From: Lachnospiraceae bacterium
Lineage (GTDB): Bacteria > Bacillota > Clostridia > Lachnospirales > Lachnospiraceae
Length of the DNA stretch: 64,000 nt
Direction: 5' to 3'
Assembly: GCA_017520425.1 (NCBI GenBank)
Contig: JAFXFO010000033.1
Location: 7,257 to 71,256, forward strand
The notes under the pieces were generated by a model. It ran no database searches and was not told the DNA's origin. It saw only the letters and a program-made list of their open reading frames with translations. Shown one piece after another: positions 58,909 through 64,000 of the stretch. Positions within the stretch are counted from its first letter, which is position 1. Each line of letters begins with the position of its first letter. The position numbers were made by a program, and so were the translations under genes.

Positions 58909-61383
58909 ATGAAACAAAAGAGAAAAGTCTTAACAATCGCAATTAGCTTATTCGTCATCCTTGGAATTATTATCATCATTGGTCATACCATTGTATGTGC
59001 ATCAACAGAACGATTTGAAGAACCCGTTTTCTCTTCCGTGGTATTAACCCCCGGGCTCTATACGCAAAAGAATCTCCACTCCGACTTTAAAGCCCCTTCT
59101 TCTGTCCAATCAGAATCCGACTTTGCGTTTTATTACCGTACATCCTCATACAGTTATGGTATTACACCATCCGGGTATGAAGTTATTTCCTTTGTAAATC
59201 CGGATGGTACTGTTGTAAATGTTCTCAACGGTGGCGGAACTTTTCAAATTACAAACCGAAGTGCACGCTATTTAACATATTCCTCTTTCCACGTAAAAAA
59301 TTATAAGCTACAATCTGACAACAAACTTATTGTTTATTATGATACAAATGATGGCGAACAATATACAGAATACACTTTTCGTCCCAACAACATTGACATA
59401 ACGGCCAATGTACGCTTTTCTTCTGAAGCAACCAACCTGAACACTATCGTTCTGAAAAGAAACTTTATTAACAATTATATAGACCATGAGAAAAAAGTCT
59501 CAAGCAACTGGGTTTTCCCGGAAAACAAAGACTTTCCATACAGAACTTTTGACGGATATGTTCTTACAAACTACATCGATTCTTCCCATAAGCTCTATTC
59601 CTTTTGGAGAGAACCTGACGCTAATCCCGCCGTTATTCCGGATTATTTGCCCACAGGTGACTTAATGGTAACAACTGTACCGAGTTCCCTGTCCTCATAT
59701 GCATTATCTTACACCCTAGTATTTGAAAATCTTTCAACCGGTTATGATAGTGATTACTATGCACTCTTCAAAGGCCGGCATTCTGATTTGGCAATTGGTA
59801 TCACACCGACTGTACGCCCCAAAAGCAGCGCCACACTTTTTGACACAAAGGATATCGCTTTCAACCTGAATATTACCAACTTATCTGATTCATCAGTGGA
59901 ATATAATGTAAAATATTCCATATACGACTATTACGGTAATGTATATAACAATACAAAAGATTCATTAAAGCTTGCTACAGGTTCACAAACCAATTATTTA
60001 CTAAAACCGGTTACAGACAAAAACGGTATTTATTATATTGATGCTACTGTTTCCTACCAAGGCAAGGAATATCACGAACTATATCCTTTCATCTTATATG
60101 AGCACCGGGATTATGAATACGCATCTACCAGCCCCTTAGGTGTATCAGGTATTCGTTTTGGACAATATTCTCCTAACGATACCATCCTTCACCTGGCAGA
60201 AGAAATGGGCATTGCCAATATGCGTGTCTGTTTCTCACTTCCCGATTATATTGGTAGCGACTATTCGTTGTTACAGAATTACCTAGCTCAGCTACACAGT
60301 AACGGAACCAAAATAACCGGCCAATACCTGTTAAGCTCTGACTGGACCATCCCAACCGACAGTACTCGATATGCCAATGAGCTTGCAAATGCGCTGGCAC
60401 AGATTGGTAGATATCTCACCGATTGTGAAATCGGCAACGAAAACAACTACACAACAGCCGGTATGAGTACTGCAATGACAAATTACATGAATAAGCAGTT
60501 TAATCCCACCTATGATATTGTAACGAATCAATACAAACTCCCTATTATAGGTTCCGGAATTTATCTATCAAAAACAGAATGGTTAGATGCCGCGATTGCT
60601 TCCGGATTGTGGGATAAAACGAATATATTATCAACACATGCTTATTCTTTTCCACATCGCCCTGACATGACAAACAAGCCTCACATTGAACACAGTTATG
60701 AAAGCGCCTTGGCTCGTATTCGTAATTTTATGGATAAACATGACGAAAAGACCTGGTATATGTCAGAATTTGGATATCATACTACCCCCGGCAAATCTTC
60801 AGGATTATTCTCCGGTTCTGACTTAAGAAGTCAGGCTGACTATACCATAAGAGAATATATTTTAGGTTTGGCCTATGGAGTTGATGTATTAGAAGCTTAT
60901 GCTTTTATAGATGGTGTAAACACTTCGAAAGTTATGTCAGATACACAGATTGAATGTCACTACGGAATGTTCTATGCCGAAGATTATTATGGGCGACTGA
61001 TGCCCAAACCTTTGGTTATGTCATATATCACCATGGCACAAGAATTAGATGGTTATAAGGAATGCTCAGAAGTTGCAGATAAATCTACCACTTCCAGAGT
61101 ATTTGAAATCAAATTACAACAAACAAACGAACCACTATATATTTGTTGGTCTAATTGTAGTCCGTTAAGTACAGACACTTCCTATTCCCGCCCCAAAGGA
61201 CTCCCTTGGATTAATCAGTGGAAAGGCAGAGAAAACCTAACCTTCTATACAAACAATTATGTTTCCGTAACGGATTTTCAAGGAAATTCTACAACCTATT
61301 ACCCCAAAAACGGGACAGTTATAATCCCAGTAACAGGTGAACCCATTATAATTAAGCATGCATCCCTATTACCTGTAAATTAA
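58909..61383 (+). CDS. Membrane-anchored clan GH-A-like glycoside hydrolase (GH39/GH5-like)
   Basis: SD AAGGAGG; N-terminal TM; beta-rich N-terminal domains; EIGNEN (E511) and YMSEFGY (E620) match acid/base and nucleophile motifs; STHAY, YGM, PKP. Confidence 0.75.
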   Translation: MKQKRKVLTIAISLFVILGIIIIIGHTIVCASTERFEEPVFSSVVLTPGLYTQKNLHSDFKAPSSVQSESDFAFYYRTSSYSYGITPSGYEVISFVNPDGTVVNVLNGGGTFQITNRSARYLTYSSFHVKNYKLQSDNKLIVYYDTNDGEQYTEYTFRPNNIDITANVRFSSEATNLNTIVLKRNFINNYIDHEKKVSSNWVFPENKDFPYRTFDGYVLTNYIDSSHKLYSFWREPDANPAVIPDYLPTGDLMVTTVPSSLSSYALSYTLVFENLSTGYDSDYYALFKGRHSDLAIGITPTVRPKSSATLFDTKDIAFNLNITNLSDSSVEYNVKYSIYDYYGNVYNNTKDSLKLATGSQTNYLLKPVTDKNGIYYIDATVSYQGKEYHELYPFILYEHRDYEYASTSPLGVSGIRFGQYSPNDTILHLAEEMGIANMRVCFSLPDYIGSDYSLLQNYLAQLHSNGTKITGQYLLSSDWTIPTDSTRYANELANALAQIGRYLTDCEIGNENNYTTAGMSTAMTNYMNKQFNPTYDIVTNQYKLPIIGSGIYLSKTEWLDAAIASGLWDKTNILSTHAYSFPHRPDMTNKPHIEHSYESALARIRNFMDKHDEKTWYMSEFGYHTTPGKSSGLFSGSDLRSQADYTIREYILGLAYGVDVLEAYAFIDGVNTSKVMSDTQIECHYGMFYAEDYYGRLMPKPLVMSYITMAQELDGYKECSEVADKSTTSRVFEIKLQQTNEPLYICWSNCSPLSTDTSYSRPKGLPWINQWKGRENLTFYTNNYVSVTDFQGNSTTYYPKNGTVIIPVTGEPIIIKHASLLPVN

Positions 61384-61389
61384 TTTAAA

Positions 61390-61425
61390 AGCCATGCTGT
61401 CACATTAACCGGTGACGGCATGGCT
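61390..61425. terminator. Bidirectional hairpin between convergent hydrolase and wzx genes
   Basis: AGCCATGC.GTCAC/GTGAC.GCATGGCT 14-bp stem. Confidence 0.75.
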
Positions 61426-61430
61426 CATTT

Positions 61431-62849
61431 TTATCTTATTAATGCTTTAATATTCTTAAAACACAATTTAAGTTTATTTCTTCTAATCACAACATAACCT
61501 ACAAACAATATTGCATAAATGATTACCGAATACAATCCCGAACAGAACCAACTTGCGGTCATGAAACCAATAACCAATATGGTCTCCCACAAATCATCTA
61601 ATCCTAAATCCACATTGTCAATATACTTTCTCAACAGAAACTCTGCATAATGAGATTTAAACGCCATTAGGACAACAATAAGTATTATTGCCATATCCAG
61701 GCTTTGAACCCCATATACGACAATGATTGTAGCACATATGCTGATAAACATACTCACCAGATTAGACTTTAATTGCATCTTCTCTTTTCTCAGTGCCTTA
61801 AAGTAGGTGCTTAACAAAACGGTAAATCGTGTTTCATAAATACAAACCGGCAAAAGCAATGCTAAATATTTGAAACTAACCTCATATTGCGGCAGCCATA
61901 TCTGCAATACAGCCTTCATAGGTATATATAAGAGCAATATGCAAAGTAATAAAGTGGTAATCGCTTCCCTGATAATCTCATATACCTTCATGAGCTTATC
62001 CTCTGACATTCTCTTTAACATGGGGAATATCACAACACTGACCGCCGTAATAAAGGTAATAATCATATTCACCATACTCAACGCAAGAGAAACCTTACCA
62101 AACACCAGATTGCCCCATTTATTCTCCACAGCAAATCTAACCGTACCCACAATCAACTGTCCTGCTACTCCTGCTAAAAGAAGCTTGTATCCGCTACTAA
62201 TAAGTTCCTTACTTTCTGTCAAAATCTCACGAATGCCGTCCGGTCGAACAAATACAATCCCTTTGCACGAAACAAGTGCTAATAACAGAGATAAGAATCT
62301 TGCCAACAGTTCTGCATAAATAAAGTAAACAAATTCGAATTTATGAAGCCCCAAAAACAGCAAAGAAAATAGCAAAAACAGAATTCTCTCACAAGTGGCA
62401 ATTCTGGCATATCCCTTAATCTGATTGGTTGCCTGTAAAACCATTTGCAAATAGTAACGCAAAATATCCAGAATAGCCGATCCGGCTGCCAAAATCAGTA
62501 TAATTACTTTAATTCTGTCCTGCACAAAAATAAATACCACAAGACTAAACACCAGATTTACAACCAGTTCATAAAATGCCAACGTCCAGAACTGACCGGC
62601 CATCTTCTTTGCCGGCAAATTATGATACTCATCCCCTCCATATTTCAGATAGGTGCCTTCACACCATCCCAAGGAAGTATAGGCAAGGTAGGTAAAATAA
62701 AACAAATACAATTGCCAATAACTATAATCCGCTTCACCTAAAAATTTGGGTAATACCAGTGTCAATACAAAGGTAATGATGATTCTTGAAGCATTTACCG
62801 TCATACTATTAAATATATTACTTATAAAGCCATAAACTTTCTTATTCAA
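61431..62849 (-). CDS. wzx: Wzx-type polysaccharide flippase
   Basis: About 14 TMs; LPKFLG...YSYW.LY and FGKVSLALS pattern of MOP-family exporters; locus context. Confidence 0.85.
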   Translation of the reverse strand: MNKKVYGFISNIFNSMTVNASRIIITFVLTLVLPKFLGEADYSYWQLYLFYFTYLAYTSLGWCEGTYLKYGGDEYHNLPAKKMAGQFWTLAFYELVVNLVFSLVVFIFVQDRIKVIILILAAGSAILDILRYYLQMVLQATNQIKGYARIATCERILFLLFSLLFLGLHKFEFVYFIYAELLARFLSLLLALVSCKGIVFVRPDGIREILTESKELISSGYKLLLAGVAGQLIVGTVRFAVENKWGNLVFGKVSLALSMVNMIITFITAVSVVIFPMLKRMSEDKLMKVYEIIREAITTLLLCILLLYIPMKAVLQIWLPQYEVSFKYLALLLPVCIYETRFTVLLSTYFKALRKEKMQLKSNLVSMFISICATIIVVYGVQSLDMAIILIVVLMAFKSHYAEFLLRKYIDNVDLGLDDLWETILVIGFMTASWFCSGLYSVIIYAILFVGYVVIRRNKLKLCFKNIKALIR

Positions 62850-62874
62850 GTTCTTACATTCCTCCGGTACTTAA

Positions 62875-63933
62875 TCACATCGAGGAAATGGTCTGAAATG
62901 GTACAACATCAAAAAATCCACAGACATATACGTTATAGACTAATTTAGTTGTCAATAAGGCCACTATAAGACAATAAACAATAATCCTCTGATTTCGCTT
63001 CTTTTCAAATAAAATCATCCTTGGAATTGCCAATATGGAAATAATCTCCAATGCTGATGATATACGGGAAACTTGCGGAATAAATGCAGTACATAATAAA
63101 CTAACCAGACATAGCCACTGCATATTAACCATAAAATGCACTGTCTTATCATCATCTACATTTCCAACATAATTGTAGTATTCCATAAATACCAATAACA
63201 AAAAGCTGATAATAAATCCGGCCAACAGGAAATCATTCTCACTATATGCAGAATCAAAATACCATGCATACGGAGTAAGCTTTAGTACTGCAACAATAAC
63301 CACTTTAAGTACCGGCATTGATACGATTATAACACCAAATAGAACAATATGCTTCTTTATTTCTGCTCTCCACCCATACAAAAAGTAAACCGGAACATAT
63401 ATTAATGCACTCACATGGAAGCACATTGCCACCAGAATCCACAGCATGTACTTTTTACATTTTCTGTCCCATATATACCGAGATGCATATAAAAAGATAC
63501 TCATTGCGATTGCCTGACGCATCTGGTTTAATGAATTAAAATAGATTGTTGACAAGAAATACAAAATAATACTAAAGGGTATATATCTGGACTGTTGATA
63601 AATCGCAGTAAACGTAAATCCTAAAGTTATAATCGCAACTGCAATAAACAAAAACTGGGAATTGTCTGTAAATAAATATATAATCCTATTTAATAAATTA
63701 AACAGCGGCTCCCTAAAAGAATTGGTTCCTTCATGTATAGCATGAAAATATCTGTCATATATATACCAATCCGTTCCCACTCTATAACGAATTGCAGATA
63801 CTACCAAAAAAGGAAGAACTGATAATAATCCATATACATAATATGCTTTTCTATATTCAATTTCGTACTGTAGTTTTCTTGCACAAGAAGCAAAGAAAAC
63901 CGATACAACAAGCATGATTAAATAAATCGCCAT
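62875..63933 (-). CDS. EpsG-family polysaccharide polymerase (Wzy-like)
   Basis: SAIRYRVGTDW..Y, EPLF, NQMRQAIA, FHVSAL motifs; multi-TM. Confidence 0.88.
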   Translation of the reverse strand: MAIYLIMLVVSVFFASCARKLQYEIEYRKAYYVYGLLSVLPFLVVSAIRYRVGTDWYIYDRYFHAIHEGTNSFREPLFNLLNRIIYLFTDNSQFLFIAVAIITLGFTFTAIYQQSRYIPFSIILYFLSTIYFNSLNQMRQAIAMSIFLYASRYIWDRKCKKYMLWILVAMCFHVSALIYVPVYFLYGWRAEIKKHIVLFGVIIVSMPVLKVVIVAVLKLTPYAWYFDSAYSENDFLLAGFIISFLLLVFMEYYNYVGNVDDDKTVHFMVNMQWLCLVSLLCTAFIPQVSRISSALEIISILAIPRMILFEKKRNQRIIVYCLIVALLTTKLVYNVYVCGFFDVVPFQTISSM

Positions 63934-63948
63934 TCTGATTCCTCTCTT

Positions 63949-64000
63949 TTATTTCTGTAATACCTTTAATGCTTTCCTAATTGTTTCAACTTCTTTAATC
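63949..64000 (-). CDS. 3' end of an upstream gene, cut by the window edge
   Basis: Open frame IKEVETIRKALKVLQK* ending at TAA 63951-63949, just before the EpsG SD; product not determinable. Confidence 0.5.
   Translation of the reverse strand, partial: IKEVETIRKALKVLQK

Overview
64 kb of a spore-forming Clostridia chromosome; gene content and order look like Lachnospiraceae (inference). Almost all genes are on the minus strand. Most of the window is core genome: the rimP-nusA-ylxR-L7Ae-infB-rbfA-DHH-truB-ribF block, rpsO-pnp, metA/ligA/RNase H, gdhA, tRNA-Arg(CCG), efp, nrdR, sporulation genes (ylmC, sigG, sigE, spoIIGA), the dcw cluster (mraZ to ftsZ), lgt and ychF. Three accessory patches stand out. 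(1) At the left edge, an N-terminally truncated RHS toxin with its own consensus promoter, followed by a DUF5071-like ORF missed by the ORF track (candidate immunity gene). (2) At 25.6-30.0 kb, a two-gene unit: a protein with eight tandem SHOCT-like repeats plus an 837-aa dynamin-like GTPase, behind a duplicated promoter; this is the best candidate for an undescribed system. (3) At the right end, an AT-rich Wzx/Wzy polysaccharide locus interrupted by an oppositely oriented membrane-anchored clan GH-A-like hydrolase. Smaller oddities: an in-frame TGA in ylxR, a HAD-DUF1292 read-through fusion, a DHH protein with tandem PGDYG-like domains, a structured insert with 8-bp direct repeats between infB and rbfA, and sigG inverted so that it meets a sigma-A-type transcript head-on. 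No CRISPR array, rRNA, transposase or integrase was seen. Family assignments are from motif recognition by eye; no database search was run.
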